This document shows positions 63,501-64,000 of a stretch of DNA of 64,000 nucleotides, one piece after another. Source of the DNA: Raillietiella orientalis (Eukaryota); the NCBI GenBank assembly GCA_036172245.1, contig JAYWIR010000045.1, forward strand, positions 310,001 through 374,000, written 5' to 3'. The position numbers were made by a program, and so were the translations under genes. Position 1 is the stretch's first letter; every line of letters begins with the position of its first letter. The notes below the pieces were generated by a model. It searched no databases and had not been told where the DNA came from. It worked only from the letters and a program-made list of their open reading frames with translations.

Positions 63501-64000
63501 GTTCCATCGAAAGACATGTCGGCACTAATGATCTGGAAAACACAACATTATGACTTAGCGCTTTGGAATTCGAACCTCACACTAGAAAAAGGAACCAATG
63601 GAATCAGGTTTAGGTGAAGGGAAGTCACGACTGTAGTCGCTGCTTTCGCCTTTCACAGTGCTCATGACTTTTCAGAGTGGTCGCAAAAGTTTTTTCAAAA
63701 ATCTGACCCCAGTTTCCCAGTTGGACGTGGACGCAGTCCAATTCAGCCGCTGAGCTGATTCCTGTGCCATCCTTCGATACTGAATTTCTCCTGCATTTCT
63801 TCATCTCACCCTGAATGACTACGACAAACGGTCATCAATAAGTGATTCATGATGACGTGAAAGATGTTCAGTGTTCCTGCTAAATAAGCACTTATTAGAA
63901 GCAGGAAATATTTTGATTCACAGCTCCCTAGCCACTTGCTTGCATGAGACCTTCCACTGGGTCGGAAAACACTTGTCAGAGGAAAAAGAGAAAACTTCAC

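Overview
Eukaryotic DNA, probably from an invertebrate (arthropod-like H2B, invertebrate-like U2 snRNA). I found no intact protein-coding gene. The window is a dense graveyard of decayed non-LTR retrotransposons. It holds about 16 fragments of an L1/Tx1-clade family (ORF1 Zn-knuckle, APE endonuclease, RT, C-terminal CCHC) on both strands, three NeSL/Utopia-like RLE fragments, one R4/Dong-like relic, and five copies of a ~750-bp tRNA-headed SINE rich in UUCG-type hairpins. Other relics are a 5'-truncated U2 snRNA joined to a Tx1-like 3' end near the Keno/Utopia target position, an H2B pseudogene, microsatellites, and weak death-domain and trypsin-like remnants. The most notable pattern is that nine Tx1-like copies end without poly(A), in a conserved structured tail (covarying stem-loop, second hairpin, AATAAAC, ~20-nt terminal motif). 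All calls come from manual reading, so boundaries of degraded elements are approximate.
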